From: an uncultured delta proteobacterium
GTDB taxonomy: Bacteria; Desulfobacterota; BSN033; UBA1163
Direction of reading: 5' to 3'
Length of the DNA stretch: 64,000 bases
NCBI GenBank assembly: GCA_963731045.1
Contig: CAVSVC010000015.1
Coordinates: forward strand, 27,235-91,234
Below the pieces are notes generated by a model. It was not told where the DNA came from and ran no database searches. It saw only the letters and a list, made by a program, of their open reading frames with translations. The position numbers and the translations under genes are program-made. Positions within the stretch are counted from its first letter, which is position 1; every line of letters starts with the position of its first letter. This document shows, in pieces, positions 9,178 through 18,448 of this stretch.

Positions 9178-10596
9178 CCGATGAGTTGATTTCTTCATTA
9201 AGCGTTTCAGCTCCTCGACCCACTCCGGTGCTTCTTTGGGTGGGGTAAGGAGGGAGAGACTCTCGAGTGGAAGATCAGGCGGAACAGGTTTGGTGGCGTC
9301 CAGGATCATGCGGGTCGTCAGACCTCGCGGGTGTCCCGTGGGGTCGAGAGTGGAGATCGGGGCGTTGGGAATGAGGACCAGATCCCTGTCCGCCCTGAAT
9401 CGGGTCACCAGGGCCCACATGACCTCGTTCAGGTTGAAAGGATCGATATCCTCATCCACGATCACGATGAATTTCGGATAGGCCAGTCCGTGGGGGGTTG
9501 CCAGGAGCTTTGCCCCGATGATCTTTCCGTAACCCGCTACTCTTGTCTTTGTTGAGACGATGGTGCCATACCCGTGACAGTACATGGCATTGACCGAGAC
9601 AACCTCCGGGGCCATGGCCTTGAGCTGTTTATAGAGGGTGACGCTGGTGACGAGGCCCACGATGTAGTCGTGCTCCGTCCAGGGCTTTCCGATATACAGA
9701 TTTTCAAAGATCAGGGGATCCCTTCTTCGCGTGACGGCTTTGATTTTGATTTCCGCCTGTTTGAAGGTTGCCGAATAGAACCCCGTATACTCTCCAAACG
9801 GTCCTTCAATCGTCCTGACTCTGGGGAGGATCTCCCCTTCCAGAATGATTTCAGCACCGGCGGGCACCATGAGGTCGACGGTTTCCCCCTGAATGATCTC
9901 TGCAGGCTCTCCTCTCAACGCCCCGGCCATCTCGTATTCATCTTCGTCATATTGCAGGGGCATCCCTCCCACCAGGGTGATGATCGGATCGTTTCCCAAA
10001 GCGATGGCCACGGGAAGGGGTTGATTCAATTCCTCCGCCTTTCTGAGATGGATTGCAATATCGTGCTGGGGAGAGGCCTGAATGCCGAGGCGGTCTTTAT
10101 CCATGACCTGGACGCGGTAGATGCCGACATTCTGGTTCCTGGGGTTCTCCGGGTCTTTACTGATGACGATGGCTTTTGAGAGATAAGGCCCCCCGTCGTA
10201 TTCATTGATCCGGAAGAGAGGGAGGATATCGAAGAGATTGATATCCTTTGTAAGAACAAGTTCTTTTAAGGGGGAGTGAGAAACCACTCTCGGAGGGACG
10301 GGGAACCGGTCGCATTTCTTGGCGACTTCATGGAACAACCCCTGCAGGGGGGTGTCGATCGGGAGGTCCAGCATCAATGCGTAATTCCGCCAGGACCCGT
10401 GAACATTCATGACGACCTTCTTCTGCTCATAGCCCCGTATTTTCTCAAACAGAATCGCCGGCCGGTTTGGAAACTCTCCTGCCGCGCAACTGGCAGCCCC
10501 GATGTCCGGTTCGGGAAGGACCTCCCTCTCAACCCTCAACAACTGTCCCGCTGATTCCAACCTTGTCAGGAAATCCCTGAGATCTCTATAAGGCAT
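9142..10596 (-). CDS. bsdC: prFMN-dependent UbiD-family decarboxylase, BsdC/VdcC (4-hydroxybenzoate/vanillate-type) subgroup
   Basis: start MPYRDLRDFL; NVHGSW, DGGPY, GIYR, EGPFGE, DEDIDP and DATKP motifs. Confidence 0.88.
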   Translation of the reverse strand: MPYRDLRDFLTRLESAGQLLRVEREVLPEPDIGAASCAAGEFPNRPAILFEKIRGYEQKKVVMNVHGSWRNYALMLDLPIDTPLQGLFHEVAKKCDRFPVPPRVVSHSPLKELVLTKDINLFDILPLFRINEYDGGPYLSKAIVISKDPENPRNQNVGIYRVQVMDKDRLGIQASPQHDIAIHLRKAEELNQPLPVAIALGNDPIITLVGGMPLQYDEDEYEMAGALRGEPAEIIQGETVDLMVPAGAEIILEGEILPRVRTIEGPFGEYTGFYSATFKQAEIKIKAVTRRRDPLIFENLYIGKPWTEHDYIVGLVTSVTLYKQLKAMAPEVVSVNAMYCHGYGTIVSTKTRVAGYGKIIGAKLLATPHGLAYPKFIVIVDEDIDPFNLNEVMWALVTRFRADRDLVLIPNAPISTLDPTGHPRGLTTRMILDATKPVPPDLPLESLSLLTPPKEAPEWVEELKRLMKKSTHRLPGINAGACSE

Positions 10597-10798
10597 AAGT
10601 TCCTCTTCTTTTGAAAGCCGCAAATCCTACCGGTATCTGTGTCTTCTTTTGACCCCCATTACTGTTAGCGTGCTCAGACAAATTTGTCAAGACATTTCGT
10701 ACCACATCTCCAGGGTCTTTCCGACAGCCCCTCCCAGCCGGATCCCATCCTGAAACTCCACCCGTAACCGAAGGGTGAATTCGCTTCCAGAGGCCATG

Positions 10799-10827
10799 TT
10801 GATTTTGAATGAACATTGTGATATAAG
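10799..10827 (+). promoter_or_regulatory. sigma70-type promoter for Mo enzyme paralog 2, sharing a 19-bp motif with the promoter at 339-368
   Basis: TTGATT-N17-TATAAG; AATGAACATTGTGATATAA versus AATTAACATTGTGATATAA. Confidence 0.55.
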
Positions 10828-10905
10828 CCTCTCAACACTGGCACGTTGGTTGGAAAATAGGCTAAAAATAGGTTTATATGTTTTTTTCATGAAGGAGAAG
10901 AGAAA

Positions 10906-13155
10906 ATGGCCAAGAAAGAGGGAGAAGAGAAGGTTGTTCGGACGACGGTCTGGTCTCCAGGAGCGGGATGCCACGGCGGATGCGGCGTGAAGCTCATCGT
11001 CAAGAACGGGAGACTTGAAAAGGTGGAGGGGGATGAAAACCATCCCTGGAATCAGGGGAGACTCTGCCCGCGGGCGCTCGCCCTGACGCAGTATGTCTAC
11101 CATCCCGATCGGCTGCTGTACCCTGTGAAGCGGTCAGGGGAAAGAGGGGAAGGTAAATGGACCCGGATTTCGTGGGACGAGGCGCTCGATACGATTGAAA
11201 AGAAGTTTAAGGAGATCCGGGATCAACATGGAGCGGAGTCCGTCCTCTTCTGCCAGGGAACGGGCAGAGACGTCGGGGGCCCGATCTCATTTCTGGCCTA
11301 TGCGTACGGGAGCCCGAACTGGGTGCAACTTGGTCTGGCGGGTCAGTCCTGTTATACGCCCCGGCTGGGGGCGATGTTTGCGACGATGGGGGACTACGCG
11401 GTTATGGATGCGGGCCAGTTTGACGCAAAGCGCTACGATGCGCCCGAATGGAAACCTCCGAAATGCGTCATCGTCTGGGCGACCAATCCCGTTCCGACGT
11501 GCCCGGATGCGTTTCACGGCCACTGGGTGGTGGAATGCATGAAACGGGGGGCCAAAGTGATCACCGTGGACGCCCGCACGACCTGGATGGCGTCGCGTTC
11601 AGAGATCCATCTGCAGATCCGGCCGGGAACGGACGGGGCCCTGGCCCTGGCGATGGCCCATGTGATCATCAACGAAAAACTCTATGACAAGGCCTTTGTG
11701 GATAAGTGGACTTACGGGTTCGACGAATTGAAGCAGCGGGTTCAGGAGTTTACGCCGGAGCGGGCGTCGAGCATCACCTGGGCGCCGAAAGAGTTGATCA
11801 TCAAGGCGGCCCGGCTCTATGCGGAGAGCAAGCCGGCAGCGATCCACTGGGGTCTGCCCGTGGACATGTGTCCGGAGGGGACCACGGTGGCCCAGGCGAT
11901 CACGCATCTCTGGTGTCTGACGGGGAATGTGGACAATCCGGGCGGTAATGTGATTGCCAGGCCGGCCTTCGGGGTGACGACCTATCCATTTTCCTCTCAT
12001 GAACTGACAGGCCTTTACGGCGAGGAATTCGTCAAGAAACTGACAGCGAAGAGGATCGGGGCGCCGGAATATCCGATGATTGCAAACTTCAGGGGATGGG
12101 CACAGCCGGACCTGGCCGTGGATCAGATCCTGACAGGCAATCCTTATCCAATCAAGGCCGCGTGGATCCAGACGACCAACATCCTGGGCGGCCAGGCGGC
12201 GGACACCCGGAAACACTATGAGGCCCTGAAGAAACTGGAATTCAACGTGGTGGTGGATACCTTCCACAACCCGACGACCATGGCCGTGGCGGATATCGTG
12301 CTTCCGGCAGCCTCCTTTCCCGAAAAGGAGAGCTTCCGGTCGTGGTGGTCTCCTCTGAGCGTGGTGGTTCCGGCCATCAAGGTCGGGGAGTGCAGGTCCG
12401 ACTGGGAGATCAACCTGGAACTGGCCCGGCGGTTCAACCCGGAGGCAATTAAGTATAAGAGCGTTAAAGAACTGATCGATGACCGGCTCAAGCCGGCAGG
12501 GACGACCTTTGATGAAATGGCGGCCCGGGGGAGCTGGATGATGCCTCCGGAGGGGCATATGTCGAAACCCTACCGGCGCCATGAAAAGGGCCTGCTCCGT
12601 GGGGACGGGAAGCCCGGGTTCAACACCCCGACGGGGAAGATCGAGTTCTGGTCGAAGAAATACGAGGAGTGGGGAATGGATCCCCTTCCCTACTATGAAG
12701 AGCCTCCGGAGAGCGAGGTGAGGACGCCTGAGCTGTTCAGGGAATATCCCCTGATCATGGCGACGGGAAGAAGATCCTCGGTCTACTTTCATGCGGAGCA
12801 CCGGATGATTCCTTGGATGCGGGAGATCGATCCGGATCCGGTGATCGAGATCAACACACAGACGGCGGCCGATCTCGGGATCGAAAACGGAGAGTGGGTC
12901 TATATCGAAAACAAGCGGGGAAGGATCAAGAGGAAGGCGGTCGTGACGCCGACGATCCATCCGAAGGTCGTGATGGTTCCCCATGGCTGGTGGCTGCCCG
13001 AGACCGATGGACGGGAACCGAACCTCTTCGGGATCTGGGAGATCAACTGCAATGTCTTGACCCCGACGGGAACGCAGAGCCGGTCGGGATTCGGAGGCGG
13101 AGCCTATAAGACAACCCTTTGCAGGGTGCGCAAAATCGAGAAAGAAGCGAGGTGA
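10906..13155 (+). CDS. Mo/W-bisPGD oxidoreductase catalytic subunit, acetylene hydratase/catechol dehydroxylase branch (paralog 2)
   Basis: same length (749 aa) and motifs as 5292..7541; SCYTPR candidate Cys ligand. Confidence 0.9.
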   Translation: MAKKEGEEKVVRTTVWSPGAGCHGGCGVKLIVKNGRLEKVEGDENHPWNQGRLCPRALALTQYVYHPDRLLYPVKRSGERGEGKWTRISWDEALDTIEKKFKEIRDQHGAESVLFCQGTGRDVGGPISFLAYAYGSPNWVQLGLAGQSCYTPRLGAMFATMGDYAVMDAGQFDAKRYDAPEWKPPKCVIVWATNPVPTCPDAFHGHWVVECMKRGAKVITVDARTTWMASRSEIHLQIRPGTDGALALAMAHVIINEKLYDKAFVDKWTYGFDELKQRVQEFTPERASSITWAPKELIIKAARLYAESKPAAIHWGLPVDMCPEGTTVAQAITHLWCLTGNVDNPGGNVIARPAFGVTTYPFSSHELTGLYGEEFVKKLTAKRIGAPEYPMIANFRGWAQPDLAVDQILTGNPYPIKAAWIQTTNILGGQAADTRKHYEALKKLEFNVVVDTFHNPTTMAVADIVLPAASFPEKESFRSWWSPLSVVVPAIKVGECRSDWEINLELARRFNPEAIKYKSVKELIDDRLKPAGTTFDEMAARGSWMMPPEGHMSKPYRRHEKGLLRGDGKPGFNTPTGKIEFWSKKYEEWGMDPLPYYEEPPESEVRTPELFREYPLIMATGRRSSVYFHAEHRMIPWMREIDPDPVIEINTQTAADLGIENGEWVYIENKRGRIKRKAVVTPTIHPKVVMVPHGWWLPETDGREPNLFGIWEINCNVLTPTGTQSRSGFGGGAYKTTLCRVRKIEKEAR

Positions 13156-13160
13156 GAAGG

Positions 13161-13490
13161 ATGGCCAGACACGGATTGCTGATTGACTACGAATATTGTA
13201 CAGGATGCCATACCTGCGAGGTGGCCTGCAAACAAGAACACAATTATCCTGTCGGCAAGTGGGGGATCAAGGTCAACGAGATCGTCCTGGAGACCTTCGA
13301 CAAGATTGCCATCGATTACATCCCCTTTCCGACGGATCTCTGTAACTTATGCGTCCAGAGGACCCGGGAAGGCATCCCGCCGGCCTGCGTGAAGCATTGC
13401 CAGGCAGGGTGCATGTCGTACGGGCCGGTCAAGGAACTGGCTGAAGCGATGGAGAAGAAACCCAAGACTGTTCTCTTTGCGCCGAAGTGA
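13161..13490 (+). CDS. short 4Fe-4S dicluster subunit (copy 2)
   Basis: ATG 5 bp after the catalytic subunit stop; two Fe-S Cys motifs. Confidence 0.9.
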   Translation: MARHGLLIDYEYCTGCHTCEVACKQEHNYPVGKWGIKVNEIVLETFDKIAIDYIPFPTDLCNLCVQRTREGIPPACVKHCQAGCMSYGPVKELAEAMEKKPKTVLFAPK

Positions 13491-13663
13491 GAGATAAGGC
13501 AGAGCAAAGCAGACGCTGAGGTTGAGGTTAAGGTTGAGGATGGGACCAGTCCCATTTCTACTGGTGGAAGAGACCGATTGAGGTCAACCCTTTCCGAACC
13601 TGAGATTTTTTCCAGAGGTTTTGCTGACCGGATATCATCTTCTCTAAAGAAAGGAAAAGCAAT

Positions 13664-16199
13664 ATGTCAGAGCAGATCTTTACAACCTGTGAGGTCGGAG
13701 GACCCCTCTTCGTCCACGTGAAGGACGGGAAGATCGTTCGGGTTCGACCGATGCGACTGAGCAAGGAGGACACCGGGCCCTGGACAATCGAAGTCAATGG
13801 TAAGAAGTATTCTCCTCCCAGGAAGACCACCCTGAGCACCTACACCCTTGCCGAAAGGAACCGGATCTATTCGGAGGATCGGGTGGCCTATCCGAGAAGG
13901 AGGGTCGATTTCGATCCGAACGGCGACCGGCACCCCGAAAACCGGGGGAAGTCCCCTTATGTTCGAATCAGCTGGGACGAGGCCCTGGACACCGTTTCGA
14001 AAGAGATCAAACGAGTTCAGACAACGTACGGTCAGGCAGCCGTCTCCGCCTTGACGTCGTCCCACCATAACTGGGGAAATGTCGGCTACAAGCGGAGCGC
14101 CTTCGGCCGGTTCTTCAACCTCCTCGGATTTACGGATGTCTTTGACAATCCGGACAGCTGGGAGGGGTGGCACTGGGGATCGATCCATACCTATGGGTTT
14201 TACTGGAGACTCGGCTGTCCGGAGCAGTACGACCTTCTGGAAGACGCCATGAAGAACACCGATCTCTTCGTCTTCTGGTCCCATGACCCCGATTCGACCA
14301 AGGGCGGCTATGCGGCCCAGGAATCGGCCATCTGGCGTGTCTGGCTCAACGAGATGGGGAAGAAGATGGTCTTCATCGATCCTTTCTGCAACTACACGGC
14401 CGTCCGGATGGGAGACAAGTGGCTTGCCCCCCGGCCCGGAACGGATGCGGCCCTGGCGGAGGCGATTGCGTACGTGTGGTTTGACGAGGATACCTACGAC
14501 AAGAGCTTCGTCGAGGGCCGCACGATCGGAATTGAGGAATTTAAGAAGCACATTCTCGGGAAGACGGACGGCATCAAGAGAACCCCCAGATGGGCTGAAG
14601 GCATCACAGGCGTGAGGGCCCCCACCATCCATGCCCTGGCGAGAGAGTGGGCGTCGAAGCGGACGATGCTGGGATGCGGAGCCCGCGGAGGTTTCGGCGG
14701 GGCATGCCGAACTTCTTATGGCCACGAGTGGGCCCGTCTGATGGTCTACCTGCAGGCCATGCAGGGGCTTGGAAAACCCGGGGTCAATATCTGGTCTGCG
14801 GTCCAGGGAGCCCCCTACAACGGTCAGTTCTACTTCCCGGGCTATGCGGATCCGATGGGCAGAATCACCGGGGACGGAAACCCGGACCACGTGGCAAAGC
14901 TGACAGCCGTGAATCCGGTCGAGCAGAAGCTTTATCGCACCCTGTTTCCGGATGCGATCCTGAATCCGCCCATAAACTGGATGGGAGAAGGATTCTGCGG
15001 CCAGTCGATCGAACAGCAGTTCATTCCTTACACCTATCCGATGCCGGGCCAGCCCGAGGTCAAACTCTTCTACCGTTACGGCGGTTCGTTTATGGGCACG
15101 ATGACCGATACAAACAAGTGGGTCCGGGCTTACCAGAGCCCGAAGCTGGAGATGGTCGTCAACCAGAACGTCTGGATGGATCCGGAAACGAAGATGGCCG
15201 ACATCATCTTTCCGGCCTGTACGAACTTTGAGAGAAACGACATCGCCGAGTTCAGCAACATGGGAGGTTACTCCAATCACGCCTCGCTCGGATGCAATTA
15301 CCGGATCATCGTCTACGAGAAGAAGTGCATCGAACCCATAGGAGAATCCAAGTCCGACCTCGAGATCTTCACGCTCCTTGCCGACCGGCTCGGGTTCAAA
15401 GATGATTTTACGGATGGCGGGAAGACGGAAGAGGACTGGATCCGGAAGCAGTACGATGTCTCCGACCTGCCCAAATACGTCTCCTACGAGGATTTCAAGA
15501 AGAAAGGTTATTTCGTCGTCCCCCTTCCGGAGAACTACAAACCCACGCCGGCCCTGCGCTGGTTTAATGAGGGGAGGAGGCGTGACACGCCGGATTCCCT
15601 GGCTCCCGACCCGGATAAGAAAGAAGGCCTGGGATCGTACAGCGGAAAGATCGAATTCGTCTCCCAGAGTCTTCTGAAGCATTTTCCGAAGGACAAAGAG
15701 CGGCCGCCCATGGCGAGGTACATCCCGAGTTGGGAAGGGCATGAATCAGCCCTGGCCAAGAAGTATCCCATTCAGATGATCTCTCCCCATCCGCGCTATT
15801 CCTATCACACGCATTATGATGCCCACTGCGAATGGCTTGCCGATATCCCGGGACACCGGATCCGCAAGAACGGGCACAACTGGATCGTGATCCGTGTCAA
15901 TCCCGAGCAGGCCGCGGAACGCGGAATCCGGCACGGAGACATCATCAAGGTCTTTAACGATCGCGGTGTGGTTCTTGGAATGGCCCAGATCACGGAGCGC
16001 GTGAGACCCGGCCTGATTCACTGTTATGCCTCTTCAGGAAAATATGATCCCCTTGAACCGGGCAAGCGCCGGCAGTCCAGACCGGGGCGGATGTGTGGCT
16101 ATCCTGACTCCCCTCCGGATGATGTCTAAGAACGCCCCCGGCATGGCCAGCAACACTTGCCTTGTTGAGATTGCGAAGTGGGATGGAGGAGAAGAATGA
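13664..16199 (+). CDS. athL: pyrogallol-phloroglucinol transhydroxylase large subunit-like Mo-bisPGD enzyme; extra base near 16067, corrected C-terminus ...DRGGCVAILT...VEIAKWDGGEE
   Basis: GGPLFVHVKDGKI, SSHHNWGNVGY, NPDSWEGWHWG (Ser ligand), WRLGCPEQYDLLED and PACTNFER, collinear with Pelobacter AthL as I recall it. Confidence 0.9.
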
Positions 16200-17038
16200 G
16201 CAACTACGGAATGATCATCGATTTGGAGAAGTGCTCCGGCTGCTACAACTGTTTTATGGCCTGCCGGGACGAACATTACGGAAACGACTATCCGCCGATC
16301 TCTTTGGGGCAGCCCTTTACAGGACATTTCTGGATGCGGATCCTTGAGAAGGAAAGAGGAACGTATCCCAAGGTCAAGGTGTCCATCATCCCCAAACCCT
16401 GTATGCATTGCGACGATCCGCCCTGCGCCAAGGTCGCCCTGAACGGAGCGATCTACAAGAGACCGGACGGCGCTGTGATCATCGACCCGGTGAAATCGGC
16501 GGGACAGAAAGAAATTGTCTCTTCGTGTCCTCACCGGGTGATCTTCTGGAACGAGGAGAAGAACGTACCCCAGAAGTGCACACTCTGCGCGCACATGCTC
16601 GATCAGGGGGAACCGGAGCCCCGGTGCGTGGAGGCCTGTCCGACGGGCGCCCTTCTTTTCGGAGATCTCGATGATCCCAAGAGTGAGATCTCAAAGATCT
16701 GGAAATCCGAAAAGGCCGAGGCGTTTCATCCCGAATTCGGCCTCAAGCCCAGGGTGAAGTACATCGGAATTCCCAAGAGGTTTGTGGCAGGCACGGTCCT
16801 GTACAAGGACAAAGATCTATGCGCAGAGAATGCCAAGGTCACCCTGACAGGCGGTGGAAAGAAACTGGCTGCCAGGACGAACAATTTCGGTGACTTCGAG
16901 TTTGAGGGTCTGGAGGAGGGTAAGGAGTTCAGCGTCAAAGTTGAGCATGCCGGCTATCAGCCTGAATCCTTCAAGGTCCAGACCAAGGTGGACGTGTATC
17001 TTGGGGAGATACCCCTGAAACGGGCTTCCAAGAAGTAG
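16196..17038 (+). CDS. bthL: transhydroxylase small (Fe-S) subunit-like protein with a C-terminal beta-sandwich domain
   Basis: ATGA overlap with the athL stop; CYNCFMACRDEH, PCMHCDDPPC, CTLCAH, TNNFGDFEF. Confidence 0.9.
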   Translation: MSNYGMIIDLEKCSGCYNCFMACRDEHYGNDYPPISLGQPFTGHFWMRILEKERGTYPKVKVSIIPKPCMHCDDPPCAKVALNGAIYKRPDGAVIIDPVKSAGQKEIVSSCPHRVIFWNEEKNVPQKCTLCAHMLDQGEPEPRCVEACPTGALLFGDLDDPKSEISKIWKSEKAEAFHPEFGLKPRVKYIGIPKRFVAGTVLYKDKDLCAENAKVTLTGGGKKLAARTNNFGDFEFEGLEEGKEFSVKVEHAGYQPESFKVQTKVDVYLGEIPLKRASKK

Positions 17039-17328
17039 ACTGGGGAAGAAGCTTTTTCCAGCCTTTCCGCCGAATCTGTTGTGGTTCTTTTCTGTAACCC
17101 TTTCGGGAGCCGTCATCCATGCGCTGGATGGCGGCTCCTGTCTCCTATGACACTCCAGCATGGGACGCTCCTTCTTTTGCTCTCCCCTGTCGCTTTTTCT
17201 CACAAACAATCAAGGATTTCTCGTGCGGGAAAATCCGAGTAAGCTCCTTTACGAAGCGGAACTCAGCAAACATCTTCACCCAATATCACAGATTCTTCAA
17301 ATCTCTTGCGGATAGAAAGGAGGCTGGC

Positions 17329-18279
17329 ATGGAAACAACATCGATGATGCGTCAACCGGGAAGAAGGAGCGAGGTTCCCCTACCGCCCTCCGAGGCGGGC
17401 CTACCCACGATCGAGGCCGAGCCGTGGCTGGAGGTCGACCCGGACCCGAGAATCTTCCTCGAGGGGCCGTCGTTTGACCGTGAAGGAAATCTCTATGTCA
17501 GCTCGATTTTCAACGGCCGCGTGCTGAAGATCACACCAACCAAGAAAGTGACGACGATCTTTGACAAGCCGGGCGTTCTTCCCGACGGAACAGCGATCCA
17601 TAAGGACGGGAGACTCTTCCTGGCCTGTCTGAGCGGGGAACTGATCGCACTGAACACGGACGGGAGCAATGTGACCGTCATCGAGGCCAGGTACCAGGGC
17701 AAACCGAAAAGCCTGAACGATCTCGTCTTTGACGCCAAAGGGAATCTTTACGTGACCGATTTTACGGGTCACTTCGCCGATCCCACTGGCGGGGTGTATC
17801 GCTATTCAGCCGATTTCAAGACGGTGCAGCCCGTGATTCAGAATCTCGCCGCGGCCAACGGCATCTCCTTCTCTCCGGAAGGGAACGTGCTCTGGGTCAG
17901 CGAAACCTGCAGAAATACCCTGCTCCGGCTGGAGTTGCTGGAGGACGGGATCGGGATCAATCCCATTGCCGGGGCCACGATCCCTTACCATTTCACCGGC
18001 GGGCCCGGAGGATGTGATTCCATGGCCGTCGATGTCGAAGGGAATGTCTATCAATGTCTCATCTTTCAGGGCCGAGCCCTGATCCTGAACAAGAGGGGAG
18101 TCCCTGTTGCCAACGTCCTGATCCCGGGCCGGGATGAGGGGAAACATCTGGGCTCAGCCAATCTGGCGTTCAGACCGGGCACGGACGAGGTCGTGATTAC
18201 CGGCTGGGGTGAGGGCGGAGCGTGTCTCTACAAGTTCCGTGGCCTGGCGAAAGGTTTGACTCTGTATTCGCACCAGTAG
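17329..18279 (+). CDS. SMP-30/gluconolactonase family lactonase (Drp35-like)
   Basis: AGGAGG RBS; LEGPSFD, NDLVFD, ANGISFSPEG and CDSMAVD metal-binding motifs. Confidence 0.88.
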   Translation: METTSMMRQPGRRSEVPLPPSEAGLPTIEAEPWLEVDPDPRIFLEGPSFDREGNLYVSSIFNGRVLKITPTKKVTTIFDKPGVLPDGTAIHKDGRLFLACLSGELIALNTDGSNVTVIEARYQGKPKSLNDLVFDAKGNLYVTDFTGHFADPTGGVYRYSADFKTVQPVIQNLAAANGISFSPEGNVLWVSETCRNTLLRLELLEDGIGINPIAGATIPYHFTGGPGGCDSMAVDVEGNVYQCLIFQGRALILNKRGVPVANVLIPGRDEGKHLGSANLAFRPGTDEVVITGWGEGGACLYKFRGLAKGLTLYSHQ

Positions 18280-18448
18280 GGAGAGAGGCTGATGCGGGAT
18301 GTTCCCCGGAGTCGGGCCGATCTGTCCTCGTGTCTCAGAAGGCGGATTGGTTGACAGGGCCATTGGGAATGTGCTATCTCACCTGGAACGATTCCGTGAA
18401 ATTGAGCGTGCATTTCAAAGCGCTACACCATGAAAGGAGAGGGAGGCC

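Noticed and set aside
10838-10855. Possible sigma54 promoter CTGGCACGTTGGTTGGA
   Set aside because: The -12 element is TTGG rather than TTGC, and a better sigma70 promoter lies just upstream
13556-13663. Moco/Tuco riboswitch upstream of the Mo enzymes
   Set aside because: I could not match the conserved motif elements here or before 5292 or 10906
6504-15742. Long antisense ORFs (6504..7649, 11599..12984, 13667..15742)
   Set aside because: They lie opposite well-supported genes and have no motifs; typical shadow ORFs of GC-rich coding sequence
16050-16080. Programmed frameshift in athL
   Set aside because: No slippery heptamer, and similar indels occur throughout the window
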